DNA from: Patescibacteria group bacterium
Lineage (GTDB): Bacteria > Patescibacteriota > Patescibacteriia > 2-12-FULL-57-11
Reading direction: 5' to 3'
NCBI GenBank assembly: GCA_004297205.1
Contig: SCUL01000002.1
Coordinates: forward strand, 77,156-141,155
Length of the DNA: 64,000 nt
Part shown: piece by piece, positions 16,435 to 25,598 of the stretch
Numbering within the stretch: the first letter of the stretch is position 1
Layout: every line of letters starts with the position of its first letter
Notes under the pieces: model-generated
What the model was told of the DNA's origin: nothing
Seen by the model: only the letters and a program-made list of their open reading frames with translations
Databases searched by the model: none
Translations under genes and position numbers: made by a program

Positions 16435-17556
16435 TCAGCCACCGATGACTCCCCCGCCCAGGCAGACGTCGCCGTCATAAAAGACGGCGGCCTGGCCGGA
16501 CGTGATGGCGCGCACCGGCGTCGAGAAGCGGACGCGCAACATGTCTCCCACCGCTGTGACTTCGGCGGCCACGATCTCCTGACGATGGCGGATGCGCACG
16601 CCAAGGCGTGCCGGCAGTGCCGGCGTCGCGGCAATCCAACGCGCGCCGCCGACCTGCATCTGATCGGAAAACAAGTCCTGCTCGTTCCGGGAGACGACCA
16701 CGCGACGTGACGCGGGGTCCGTCGCGACGACGTACCACGGCTCGCCGCCGCCTCCGCCGGAGGCGGATCCGCCTTTGGCGGAGATGCCGAGCCCGTGCCG
16801 CTGGCCGACGGTGAAGCGGTGGACGCCGCCGTGCCGCCCGAGCACCGCACTGTCCACGGAGACGATCTCGCCGGGCGCGTCGGGAATGCGCTGGCGCAGA
16901 AAATCCGGCAGCGCCACTTTGCCGACGAAGCAGATGCCCATCGACTCTTCCTTCTCGGCCGTCGGCAGACCACGGCGACGCGCTTCATCCCGGACCTGCG
17001 GCTTGGTGAGATGACCGATCGGAAACAGCGTCTGCGCCAGGAGCTTCTGCGGCAGACGGCACAAAAAATAGGTCTGATCTTTTTCCGCATCGGCAGCCTG
17101 AAGCAGCAGGCTCTCCCCTTCCGCACCTGCCCTGGAAGGGTGCCGCACCTGCGCGTAGTGTCCGGTGGCGATCCAGGCACACCCCTGGCGCTTCGCTTCC
17201 GCGGCCAGCGCCGGAAACTTCACGAATTCATTGCAACGCACGTCCGGATTCGGGGTGCGGCCGGCGGCATATTCGGCATACAGCGGCTCCACGACCGCGG
17301 CGCGGTAGACCTCTTCGGCATCGACCGTAACGAGCGGGATGCCGAGTTTGGCGGCCACGGCCAGCGCGTCACGCCGTTCGCTGCGCCAGGCGCAGGCGCC
17401 GCTCTCGTCCTTGGTGTCCGACCAGTTCTTCAAAAAACAACCGACCACGTCATTGCCCTGCTCGAGGAGCAACGCCGCTGCCAACGACGAATCCACCCCG
17501 CCGGACATGCCGACGAGGACGCGCCGTTCGCTGATGGGTCGCGTGGCCGTTTCCAT
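16435..17556 (-). CDS. mnmA: tRNA-specific 2-thiouridylase MnmA, with an in-frame Gly/Ser-rich insertion encoded by the 33-nt palindromic element
   Basis: PP-loop VLVGMSGGVDSS and catalytic Cys residues. The insertion ...[21 protein letters not shown]... is at 16751-16783. Start ATG 17556 (METATRPISERRVLVG). Confidence 0.9.
   Translation of the reverse strand: METATRPISERRVLVGMSGGVDSSLAAALLLEQGNDVVGCFLKNWSDTKDESGACAWRSERRDALAVAAKLGIPLVTVDAEEVYRAAVVEPLYAEYAAGRTPNPDVRCNEFVKFPALAAEAKRQGCAWIATGHYAQVRHPSRAGAEGESLLLQAADAEKDQTYFLCRLPQKLLAQTLFPIGHLTKPQVRDEARRRGLPTAEKEESMGICFVGKVALPDFLRQRIPDAPGEIVSVDSAVLGRHGGVHRFTVGQRHGLGISAKGGSASGGGGGEPWYVVATDPASRRVVVSRNEQDLFSDQMQVGGARWIAATPALPARLGVRIRHRQEIVAAEVTAVGDMLRVRFSTPVRAITSGQAAVFYDGDVCLGGGVIGG
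16751..16783. repeat. 33-nt GC-rich near-palindromic element CCTCCGCCGGAGGCGGATCCGCCTTTGGCGGAG, in-frame inside mnmA
   Basis: Near-identical copies lie at 6018-6050 (rpsK, one mismatch) and 39034-39065 (secA, inverted orientation). Confidence 0.8.
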
Positions 17557-17596
17557 GTGTTTCAAAAAAGAGAGGGCAGCGCACACGATGCGGCCC

Positions 17597-18088
17597 TCAC
17601 GAATCGCGGAGATGCTCGAACAGCTCTCGATACCGCCGGAGCAGCGCCACAAGCGTGTACCTGCTGTCCCCGGTCAGCTCCTCGACGGCCCACGGGGGAC
17701 AGATGATCTCGGCGTCGCCGGCATCCTCGAGGAGGCCGAACACCAAACCGCAGTCCGGCTGGACGATCCGCTCGATGATCCACTCGCGTCCCCGCCCTTC
17801 GCGCTTGTCGGTGCGGATACGGCTGGTGACGATGCGGAACACCTTCGGCTGGTCCTCGATGGCCTTCTTGACCACCTCGCCGGGCATCTTCATGTAGTGG
17901 ATCAGCTCGTCCTTTTCGAAGACCCGCACCGCGCCCTGTTCGGGACCCATCGGTCCTTCGAGGTACTCGGCCACGGTATCATTCGGGAACAGCGCGCAGA
18001 CCCGCCGTTCGCCCGCTCCTCCCTGCGTCATCTCGACCAGCCCCGGGAGGACGCGGAACACCCGGAACTTCTGGTGGTCGTCGTTCAT
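17597..18088 (-). CDS. hypothetical protein (164 aa)
   Basis: Start at the internal Met (MNDDHQKF...) preceded by a GGAGGAGGGAAG RBS. No family recognised. Confidence 0.5.
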   Translation of the reverse strand: MNDDHQKFRVFRVLPGLVEMTQGGAGERRVCALFPNDTVAEYLEGPMGPEQGAVRVFEKDELIHYMKMPGEVVKKAIEDQPKVFRIVTSRIRTDKREGRGREWIIERIVQPDCGLVFGLLEDAGDAEIICPPWAVEELTGDSRYTLVALLRRYRELFEHLRDS

Positions 18089-18141
18089 GTTGCTTCCCTC
18101 CTCCAGGGAAGAAGCAACCCTAACACCAAAAAACCGCCGCG

Positions 18142-18813
18142 TCAACCCTCCAGACGCGCTGTCACCCAGTCAGCAACCTGTTCCAGAAACGCGGGATACG
18201 TTTCAAACATCCGCGTGCCGTGCCCGGCGTCGGCGAACTGTTTAACGTCCGTTTTTGCCAACGAACGTTCCATCAACTTCTCGACGCTCGGACCGGAAAT
18301 CTCGTCGTCGGCGCTGCTGGCCAAAAAAACATGGCGGTCGCGCGTCAGGGACTGGATGAGCGGCATGGTGGCGACGTCGCGGTAATTCAAACCGGGCGAA
18401 AGCAGCACCGCACCCGGAACGTCGGCGTGCGCGGCCGCGTATTGCAAGGCAAGGTTGGCGCCGATGGAAGCGCCGACCAGCACGAGGTCGACGGTTCTGA
18501 CGCCGTGCGTCTTTTCAAGGAACGCGACCGCCGCTTCGACGTCTTTGATCTTGGCCTGATGCTCTGGATGCGCGAACGTCGTGTAGTCGAGCGTCCGACC
18601 GTCGGTTGTTTCGGTGCTTTTGCCGTGTCCACGGAAGTCGATGGCCAGGGACGAGACGCCGCGCACGGCGAGCGCTTCCATGAGCGGCGCGTAGGACTCC
18701 TTGGTTGCGGGCATCATGTGCAACAGCAGCGCCCAGCGTTTGCCGTCCCCCGCTTCGCGGACCGTGCCGACGATGCGGACGCCGTCGTCGGTGACGAACG
18801 TCACAGTGGTCAT
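18142..18813 (-). CDS. alpha/beta hydrolase (dienelactone hydrolase / esterase-like)
   Basis: Nucleophile elbow GASIGA (GxSxG) and HGxxxxxD-type catalytic residues near the C-terminus. About 220 aa. Confidence 0.75.
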   Translation of the reverse strand: MTTVTFVTDDGVRIVGTVREAGDGKRWALLLHMMPATKESYAPLMEALAVRGVSSLAIDFRGHGKSTETTDGRTLDYTTFAHPEHQAKIKDVEAAVAFLEKTHGVRTVDLVLVGASIGANLALQYAAAHADVPGAVLLSPGLNYRDVATMPLIQSLTRDRHVFLASSADDEISGPSVEKLMERSLAKTDVKQFADAGHGTRMFETYPAFLEQVADWVTARLEG

Positions 18814-20930
18814 GGCGATGCGGGTTGCGGCAGATCCTCGGCCGGCGTGGACGTGGCGCCGGTCAGCCGCTCGATGCGGGCCTGCAGTTCACGGTTGCCG
18901 GGCGCGAGCGCCGCGGCGGCCTCGTACCAACGCACCGCGTCGGCGGTGCTGCCGCGCTGCTCGAGGAGCTGGGCCAGCAGGAGGTAGGCGGACGGGTCGC
19001 CGCCGGCGGCGGAGGCGCTGGCCGCGATCTCTTCGGCCACGCGGACCGCCTCATCAATGCGGCCGGTCCGGGCCAGCAGCCCGGCGAGGCGGGCGCGGGC
19101 GATGAGCAGTGCCGGCGCGATGCGCACGGCGTCGCGATAGGCGGCTTCGGCGGCCGCGGTGTCCCCGCTCAGGTCGGCGAAGTCCCCGGCCGCGACGGCA
19201 AACGTCGGGTTGCTCGGTTCACGCACGCGGGCGGCGGCGATCCAACCGCTGAGTTCCGAAACGTCCGCGCCCGCGGCCGTCAGCTGCATGCCGACCGTGA
19301 TCGCCGCTTCCAAGGTGGCCGCGCTTTGCGTGCCGCTGACCGCGGCGCGGGTCCGTGCCAGCGCCGTTTCCAGCGTGGTCTTCAGGCCCGCTTCATCCGT
19401 CGCGCCGTCCGCGCGGAAGAGCGCCTGCAACGCGCCGATCGCCTGCCACTCCGGCGCCGCGTTCCAGCGCAGAAGGGCGGCATAGGCCTCATCCTGCGCG
19501 GCCGGATCGGTGGCCCGCAGCAAGCGTCCCGCGGCGTTCTGGGCTGCCGCCAACCAGACGGCAGCGGCCAGGAGGAGCACGGTCAGGGCCAGCAGGCCCG
19601 CCGTCAGCCAGCCGGCCAGGAGCGCCTGTCGGCCGCCGGTCTTGGCGGCGGATTCCGTGTCTCGCGCGACCAGCCAGCCGGCCAGGAGCGCCAGGGTCAG
19701 CAGGGCAGCTTGGGGCAGCAGAAGGATGCCTGCGGCAAAGGTCGCGGCTGCGGCGGCGGCAAAGACGCCGGCGGCCAGTGCCGCGCCGTCCGCATCCGGC
19801 GTGACGCGGCGGGCGAAGACGCGGCGGATGCCTTTGACCTGGGGCGGCGCGCCGATCAGTTTCCACCCGGCGGCAAACGACGCGCCGAGCGAGACGGCCA
19901 GCGCCAGCGTCCCGACCGGACCGAGTTCATACAGGAACTGCAACAGCGTCGAGGCCGGAACCGGAATGCGCACGTTCCAGAGCGCGGTCGTGTTCAACAA
20001 CTCGGGGCGGACGCGGGCGAAGGCCTCGGCGAAACCGCCGGGTCCGACGCCGGCGAAGGTCGCTGGCTCCTGCGTCCAGAGGCGCGCCAGGGCCGCGGCG
20101 GTTTCCGACTGACGGACGTTGATCTCCACCGGGAGATCGGCGACAAGCGGCGGTGGCAGGCGGACGAAGGACAGCACCAGGGCCGCGGCCGCCGCGACGA
20201 AAGCGGCCTGGGTGGTCGGCCGGTGGACCTGGTCGAAGCGCCGCACGACGTGGATGAGCAGCACGACCAGACCGACGAACAGGGCCGCCCAAGCGGCCGC
20301 GCGATCGGCGCGGACAAGCACGGCCAGATGCAGCAGGACGGCGACGAGCGCCACGGCGCGGGCCGGCACGGCGCGTCCGGCGGCCAGGGCGTACCCGAAG
20401 GCAAGCGGCATCGCGATGACGGAGAGCAGCGCCACGGCGGTCGGTGCCGCTGCAGCGAAGGCCGCGGGCACCGGCACGGCCGGCAGGAACGTCTTCAGCA
20501 GGAACAACGCTTGATGCGCCGTCAGGAGGCCAAGCACGACGGCCGGCAGCACGCTCCGTGCCCGGCCGGTGACGGCGGCGGCGACGAGGAAAGCGCCCGC
20601 AACGGCCAGCAGCAGCGTCGCGGAACCGGTCCACAGCGCCGCACTCCCCCAAAAGGCGCGGCCGGGATTTCCGCCCGCCGCGAGCGACACGAGCACGGCC
20701 AGGACGAAGACGCCGAGTCCGACCAGAAAGACGCGGTCCGGCCGCGGACGCAGCAGGGCCTCGCGCCCCGCGGTGCAGGCGGCAAGGACCAGCGCCAAAA
20801 CGAGCGCGGCGCGGGCGTCGCCGACCGGATCGGCCGCACCGGGCAGATACGCAAAAAGGGCCGCGGCAACGGCCAAAGCAACAAAGACGGCGGGCAGCGC
20901 TGCCCGCAGATCGGCAGGGGCGGTTTTCAT
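18810..20930 (-). CDS. polytopic membrane protein, O-antigen ligase-like (Wzy_C-type) with C-terminal TPR repeats
   Basis: About 12 TM helices. Loop motif ...STLLQFLYELGPVG... resembles the Wzy_C/O-antigen ligase signature. The last 200 aa are TPR-like Ala-rich repeats (AYRDAVRIAP..., AVRWYEAAAALAP...). Confidence 0.55.
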   Translation of the reverse strand: MKTAPADLRAALPAVFVALAVAAALFAYLPGAADPVGDARAALVLALVLAACTAGREALLRPRPDRVFLVGLGVFVLAVLVSLAAGGNPGRAFWGSAALWTGSATLLLAVAGAFLVAAAVTGRARSVLPAVVLGLLTAHQALFLLKTFLPAVPVPAAFAAAAPTAVALLSVIAMPLAFGYALAAGRAVPARAVALVAVLLHLAVLVRADRAAAWAALFVGLVVLLIHVVRRFDQVHRPTTQAAFVAAAAALVLSFVRLPPPLVADLPVEINVRQSETAAALARLWTQEPATFAGVGPGGFAEAFARVRPELLNTTALWNVRIPVPASTLLQFLYELGPVGTLALAVSLGASFAAGWKLIGAPPQVKGIRRVFARRVTPDADGAALAAGVFAAAAAATFAAGILLLPQAALLTLALLAGWLVARDTESAAKTGGRQALLAGWLTAGLLALTVLLLAAAVWLAAAQNAAGRLLRATDPAAQDEAYAALLRWNAAPEWQAIGALQALFRADGATDEAGLKTTLETALARTRAAVSGTQSAATLEAAITVGMQLTAAGADVSELSGWIAAARVREPSNPTFAVAAGDFADLSGDTAAAEAAYRDAVRIAPALLIARARLAGLLARTGRIDEAVRVAEEIAASASAAGGDPSAYLLLAQLLEQRGSTADAVRWYEAAAALAPGNRELQARIERLTGATSTPAEDLPQPASP

Positions 20931-20932
20931 GC

Positions 20933-21382
20933 TTACGGTGATGAACGGAACAAACGCTCCACCTCGTCCACCCAGCGGACGGCGTCAGGATCCTGTCCCT
21001 CGACGCGGCTCGGAACGGGCGGAGCGGCGGTACCAATGGCTGCCGGAATGGCGGCGGCAGGCACCGGGGAGGCAAAAATCCGGTCGAAGACGGCCACCAG
21101 TCCGCGGTCGGCGGAAGAACGGACTTCTTCGGCGCCGAGCGCCAAACGGCCCCAGCCGATCACCAGCACGTCTTCGGCGCGCAGCGTGACCTCGTCCCAC
21201 GAGGCCATGCCGCGACGCATCGAGTCCGAGAGCGCGGCCAGCGGATGGAAATCCGCGACGGCAGTTGCGAGGCGGTACGGCGCGGCCGCGAGATCCGTCC
21301 GCAGGTCGGAAAAATCCCGCGCCTGCACCGAGGCGGGCGCGAGCGTCAGACAGAACAGGAGGATGGCGACCAGGCGCTTCAT
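20933..21382 (-). CDS. secreted hypothetical protein (signal peptide)
   Basis: MKRLVAILLFCLTLAPASVQA signal peptide. No homology recognised. Confidence 0.5.
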   Translation of the reverse strand: MKRLVAILLFCLTLAPASVQARDFSDLRTDLAAAPYRLATAVADFHPLAALSDSMRRGMASWDEVTLRAEDVLVIGWGRLALGAEEVRSSADRGLVAVFDRIFASPVPAAAIPAAIGTAAPPVPSRVEGQDPDAVRWVDEVERLFRSSP

Positions 21383-23184
21383 GGCTGCTGCGGGTCATCG
21401 AACGAGACGACTTCGCCCGGCGCGGGGCGGCCTCCCGCTTTCTGGAACGGCACCGGTGTGGCGGCGGGGATTGCGGACAGGGGGACGTTCTTGGCCGGTT
21501 CCGGCGGCGCGGACTCGACGGGAATTGCCGCCGCTTGCTTGCGCTCCTCTTTTACGATTTTGAAACAGTCGTCGCAGAAGTACGGCCGGCTCGGATCCGG
21601 CTGGAAGGTCAGCTGCATGGTTTTGCCGCAGCGCGCGCAGACCGCGTCATAGGCCTGCTTGCCCGGCTTCGGCGCGGCGGGCTTCGCGGCCGGTTTGGCG
21701 GCGGCAGCCGGGGCGGAGGCGGCCTTTGCGGGAGGCGGAGGCGCCACAGGCGTCGTGGGACGCGGCGCGGCAGGGCGGGGCGCCGGGGCGCGCAACGCGG
21801 GCGCGGCGGCTGCGACCACGAACCGCGGCGCCGCGGGCCGGGGCGCGGCGGCAGCCGGAGCCGCGGCCGATACGGTCGGTGCCGCGCCGAGGAATCCGGC
21901 CCAACGCAGGATCTTTTCCTCGACCACGGCGCGCGGCTGGGCGTAGCGCTCGCGGGACACCTTGATGACGCGCTCCGTGCTGCCGGTGCGCGCATTGATC
22001 GGCGGCAGCGTGTTGGCGGAAAAAATCTCCGAGGCCACGCCGTCGATCATCAATTTGATGTAGACCTCGAACTTCGTCAGGTTGGTCAAATCCTCCGGAA
22101 TGAAGCGCGGCGCGACTTCCTGCTCCAGGAAAAGGGCGTCCGCGGCGCCGACGCGGAAGAAAATCATCGTGCCGACGTTGCCGAAGACGGCCGGACGCAC
22201 GTAGTCCTCGTCGAGCTGTTCGATGTACTGGTGGGCGACGATCAGGTTGAGCCGGTATTTGCGGGCCTCGGACAGAATATTGGCGAAGCTGGCCGTGGCG
22301 AAATTCTGGAATTCGTCGACGTACAGGTAAAAATCGCGGCGCTCCTCCTCGGCCATGTCGACGCGCTCCATGACGGCGAGCTGCAGCTGGGTGATGAGCA
22401 TGCCGCCCAACAGGCGCGAGGAGTCTTCGCCGATGCGTCCCTTGGCCAGGTTTATGATCAGGATCTTTCCCTCGTCCATGATCTCCCGCATGTTGATCGT
22501 GGACTTCACTTGGGCGACGATGTTGCGGATGATGGTGGCCGCCAAAAACTGACCGACCTTGTTCTGGATCGGGGCGATGGCCTCGTTGCGGAAGCGGTCC
22601 TCCCAACGCGCGTATTCATCGACCCAGAAGGCCTTCACCACCGGATCCTTCAGTACGGAGACGACGCGCTTGCGGAATTCCTTGTCGACCAGGATGCGGT
22701 TGATGCCGAGCAGCGTGGAATCGGGATATTCCAGGAGCGACAGGATGCACTGGTTGAGGATGTGCTCCATGCGCGCGCTCCAGACGTCCGGCCAGATCTT
22801 CTTGAAGACGCCCATCAGCCCCTGCGCCACGAGCGGCCGGTTGGCTTCGTCCACGGCCTCGAGCAGGTTGAAGCCGATCGGATATTCGATGTCCGCGGGG
22901 TTGAAGTAGACGACGTCGTTGATGCGCTCCGGCGGGATGAAGTCGAGCAGGCGCTCCGCCGTGTCGCCGTGCGGGTCGACATAGGCCACGCCGTGGCCGG
23001 CGTTGATGTCGTTCAGGATCATGTTTTCGAGGAGCGTCGTCTTGCCCATGCCGGTTTTGCCGAGCACGTAGACGTGCCGGCGCCGGTCGTCCGTCTTGAT
23101 GCCGAACTTGCGCCGCGCGTTGCGGTAGTTGGTCTCGGCGAAGAGGTTGATCTCGCTCTCGTGGTCGTGCGGGTAGGACGCCAT
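21379..23184 (-). CDS. P-loop ATPase of the VirD4/TraG/TrwB coupling-protein or HerA/FtsK-like family, with Pro/Ala-rich linker and C-terminal CxxC...CxxC zinc ribbon
   Basis: Walker A VLGKTGMGKTT. ...YVDPHGD...VVYFNPAD...IGFNLLE resembles T4CP nucleotide-binding-domain motifs. Walker B FYLYVDEFQNF. C-terminal CARCGKT...FCDDCF. No TM segment in this protein. Confidence 0.65.
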   Translation of the reverse strand: MASYPHDHESEINLFAETNYRNARRKFGIKTDDRRRHVYVLGKTGMGKTTLLENMILNDINAGHGVAYVDPHGDTAERLLDFIPPERINDVVYFNPADIEYPIGFNLLEAVDEANRPLVAQGLMGVFKKIWPDVWSARMEHILNQCILSLLEYPDSTLLGINRILVDKEFRKRVVSVLKDPVVKAFWVDEYARWEDRFRNEAIAPIQNKVGQFLAATIIRNIVAQVKSTINMREIMDEGKILIINLAKGRIGEDSSRLLGGMLITQLQLAVMERVDMAEEERRDFYLYVDEFQNFATASFANILSEARKYRLNLIVAHQYIEQLDEDYVRPAVFGNVGTMIFFRVGAADALFLEQEVAPRFIPEDLTNLTKFEVYIKLMIDGVASEIFSANTLPPINARTGSTERVIKVSRERYAQPRAVVEEKILRWAGFLGAAPTVSAAAPAAAAPRPAAPRFVVAAAAPALRAPAPRPAAPRPTTPVAPPPPAKAASAPAAAAKPAAKPAAPKPGKQAYDAVCARCGKTMQLTFQPDPSRPYFCDDCFKIVKEERKQAAAIPVESAPPEPAKNVPLSAIPAATPVPFQKAGGRPAPGEVVSFDDPQQP

Positions 23185-23187
23185 AGT

Positions 23188-24669
23188 CTACGCGCCGGGC
23201 AGGTTCGCCGGGGGCTCCCCCGTCGCGGCGGTCGGGGCCTGCTTGGGGGTGAATACCGGCGGCCGCTCGACCGGCAGGCGGATCGGCGGTTCGGCGCGCT
23301 TGGATTCGGCCTTCTTCAGGGACGGCGTCTTCACCAGGAGCGACGGGAAGTGCCAGATCGAAGCGAGCTCCTCGGTGGACAGGATGTAGTGCTGGGCGCC
23401 GCGCCAGTTGGAACGGTACTTGTACGCCAGGAAGATCGACTTGATGCGCTCGTTCGTCGTCTTGTAGAACGTGCCGGACAGGTAGAAAAAGATCGGGTTG
23501 AGCTGCCAGAAATAGTCGTACTTCGTGGTGACGGAGCCCGCGAACCCGAGCTTGTTCATGTTCAGCGTCGTGAACTGCTGCAGCGCGCCGCGCACGAAGG
23601 AGATGATCGTGCCGGTGCGGAACTTCTTCTTCGGCGCGATGTAGATGAAACGAATCTTGGTGTGCAGGCCGATCTTGGACAGCTTCTGTTCGACGCGTTC
23701 CACGACGAACCGTTCGCCCGGCGAGAGGTAGAGCATCTGGGAACGCACGTCGTCCTTCTTCTGCACCGGCTTGGCGGACTCGCCGCCGACCAGTCCTTGC
23801 ACGCCCAAGTCGAGCGCGTGCAGCGGCAGGTCCATGGCTTTGTCGAGCATCGTCGCTTTGGGCGTGACCTTGGTGCCGATCAGTTTCTTGACCAGCTTCT
23901 CGCCCTTCTCCTGCCAGTCCTGCTTGGTCGTGGTCACGAGCATCTGCAGCCACACCTGCTCGCCCGGCTGCAGCATGGCCAACGACTCCAACAGTCCGGC
24001 CATGGGATCCTTGAACTCGCCGGAGACCGGGTCGGTGAAATCCGCATGGGTCTTGAGCGGGTAGTATTCCGGCTTGCTCAGCACGAACTCCGAACCGAAC
24101 AGGCCCCACTCCTTGTTCGGCCACGGCCACTTCTGGGGCGCGTTCAGCACGTAGTCCTCGACCTCGGTGATTTCCGCTTCCGGGTACTGCGCGTAGACGA
24201 TGGCTTCCACGAGGTCGCGGTATTTGGACCAGACGCGGATCAGGAACTGGACGTAGCCTTCGATGGAGACGATTTCGAAACTGAACACCGGGTGCATTTT
24301 GCCTTCCCAGTACTTTTCCTTGCGCGTGTGGGTCGAGTGCGCGCCCAAGAGGTGCGCGAAGATGTTTTCGACGGCCTTCGGCGTCTGTTCCGTGGACTTC
24401 GGCACGTCGATGGCCAGCAGCACCGGGTTCACGCTCTGCATGAACTTGAACTGCCGCTCGTTGATCCAGATCCACCAGAACCCGCGCAACATGACGATGA
24501 GCATGGGGATCCAGCCGCCGGCACGGAAAAGCTCCCACATGATGATCAAGGGGTGCTGCGCTCCGAGCCAATCCATCCAGACGAGAATGGCGGCAACGTC
24601 GATGGTGATCGACGGCATAGGCGCACATAGTATAACACATGGAAAACAAAGAGGGGCATGGTCTGCCAT
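23188..24669 (-). CDS. membrane protein (2 N-terminal TM helices plus about 400-aa soluble domain), co-operonic partner of the VirD4/HerA-like ATPase
   Basis: 3-nt gap to the ATPase gene. Lower local GC. Trp/Tyr/Lys-rich. Probable start is Met at about 24621 (MPSITID...). No family recognised. Confidence 0.55.
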   Translation of the reverse strand: MADHAPLCFPCVILCAPMPSITIDVAAILVWMDWLGAQHPLIIMWELFRAGGWIPMLIVMLRGFWWIWINERQFKFMQSVNPVLLAIDVPKSTEQTPKAVENIFAHLLGAHSTHTRKEKYWEGKMHPVFSFEIVSIEGYVQFLIRVWSKYRDLVEAIVYAQYPEAEITEVEDYVLNAPQKWPWPNKEWGLFGSEFVLSKPEYYPLKTHADFTDPVSGEFKDPMAGLLESLAMLQPGEQVWLQMLVTTTKQDWQEKGEKLVKKLIGTKVTPKATMLDKAMDLPLHALDLGVQGLVGGESAKPVQKKDDVRSQMLYLSPGERFVVERVEQKLSKIGLHTKIRFIYIAPKKKFRTGTIISFVRGALQQFTTLNMNKLGFAGSVTTKYDYFWQLNPIFFYLSGTFYKTTNERIKSIFLAYKYRSNWRGAQHYILSTEELASIWHFPSLLVKTPSLKKAESKRAEPPIRLPVERPPVFTPKQAPTAATGEPPANLPGA

Positions 24670-24691
24670 GCCCCTCCCCGTGTGGATACTG

Positions 24692-25588
24692 TTACCGCCG
24701 GGACGACAGCTTCTGCCAGGTGACGAGGAGCGGCGAAGCGATGAAAATCGAGGAATACGTGCCCGCCACGATGCCGATGAGCAGTGCCAGGATGAAGTTC
24801 CGGGTCGAGACGCCGCCGAACAGATAAACGGCCAGGAGCACCAGGAAGACGGTCAGCGAGGTATTGAGGGAGCGGACGAAGGTTTCGCGGACCGACTCGG
24901 CCACCACGTCCTCGAACGGCTGGCCGGCGCGGCGGCGGAGATTCTCCCGGATGCGGTCGAACACCACGATGGTGTCGTGGACCGAGAAGCCGAGCACGGT
25001 CAGCACCGCCGTCACGAACAGCACGTCGATTTCCACGCCAGCGAAATGACCGAGGGCGGCGAACACGCCGGTCGGGATGATCACGTCGTGGAGCAGGGCG
25101 ATGATGGCGACGATCCCGTACTTCCAGGAAGAGACCGGCTTGGAGACGGAGCGGAAGGCGAAAGCAATGTAGGCGACGATGGCCGCGAGCACGAGGAGCA
25201 TGCCGCGGATGGAGCGGGAGCGCAGCTCCGAGCCCACCGACGGACCGACCGTCTCGTAGGACTGCTGGGTCACGGAAGCGTCGTCGCCGGCACCGAGCGC
25301 GGTCAACACCTTCTGGCGGCTGGCGTCGTCCGTGGCCTGGAGGCGCAGGATGGCTTCATTGTCCCCTACCGGCTGGACGTGGACGGTGCCGACCCCGGCC
25401 TCCGTGGCGCGCCGTTCGATCTCCTGCACCGCCGGACGCGCCGCGAAGCGGACCTGCAGGAGCGCGCCGCCGGTGAAGTCGATGCCGAGTTTGAGCCCCC
25501 ACAGCGCGATGGCGCCGATCGAAGCCGCGACCATCACGGCGGACAGCGCGTACCAGATCTTGCGGGTGGCGATGACGTTGAACTTCAT
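24692..25588 (-). CDS. secF: protein translocase subunit SecF
   Basis: MKFNVIATRKIWYALSAVMV..., 6 TM helices, and the conserved FTGG motif region. Start ATG 25588. Confidence 0.9.
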   Translation of the reverse strand: MKFNVIATRKIWYALSAVMVAASIGAIALWGLKLGIDFTGGALLQVRFAARPAVQEIERRATEAGVGTVHVQPVGDNEAILRLQATDDASRQKVLTALGAGDDASVTQQSYETVGPSVGSELRSRSIRGMLLVLAAIVAYIAFAFRSVSKPVSSWKYGIVAIIALLHDVIIPTGVFAALGHFAGVEIDVLFVTAVLTVLGFSVHDTIVVFDRIRENLRRRAGQPFEDVVAESVRETFVRSLNTSLTVFLVLLAVYLFGGVSTRNFILALLIGIVAGTYSSIFIASPLLVTWQKLSSRR

Positions 25589-25598
25589 AGGGGGTGCG

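Noticed and set aside
18825-21563. 912-aa + strand ORF, plus the nested ORFs 19927..21075-, 19355..19804+ and others
   Set aside because: All are low-complexity Arg/Gly/Pro/Ala strings lying antisense or off-frame to the 706-aa TPR membrane protein and the secreted protein. Neither has a start context or a domain.
21265-24630. 1121-aa + strand ORF and 22616..24649- 677-aa ORF
   Set aside because: They lie antisense or off-frame to the VirD4/HerA-like ATPase and its membrane partner, both of which have clear Walker motifs and TM segments. Their composition is the typical GC-rich artefact.
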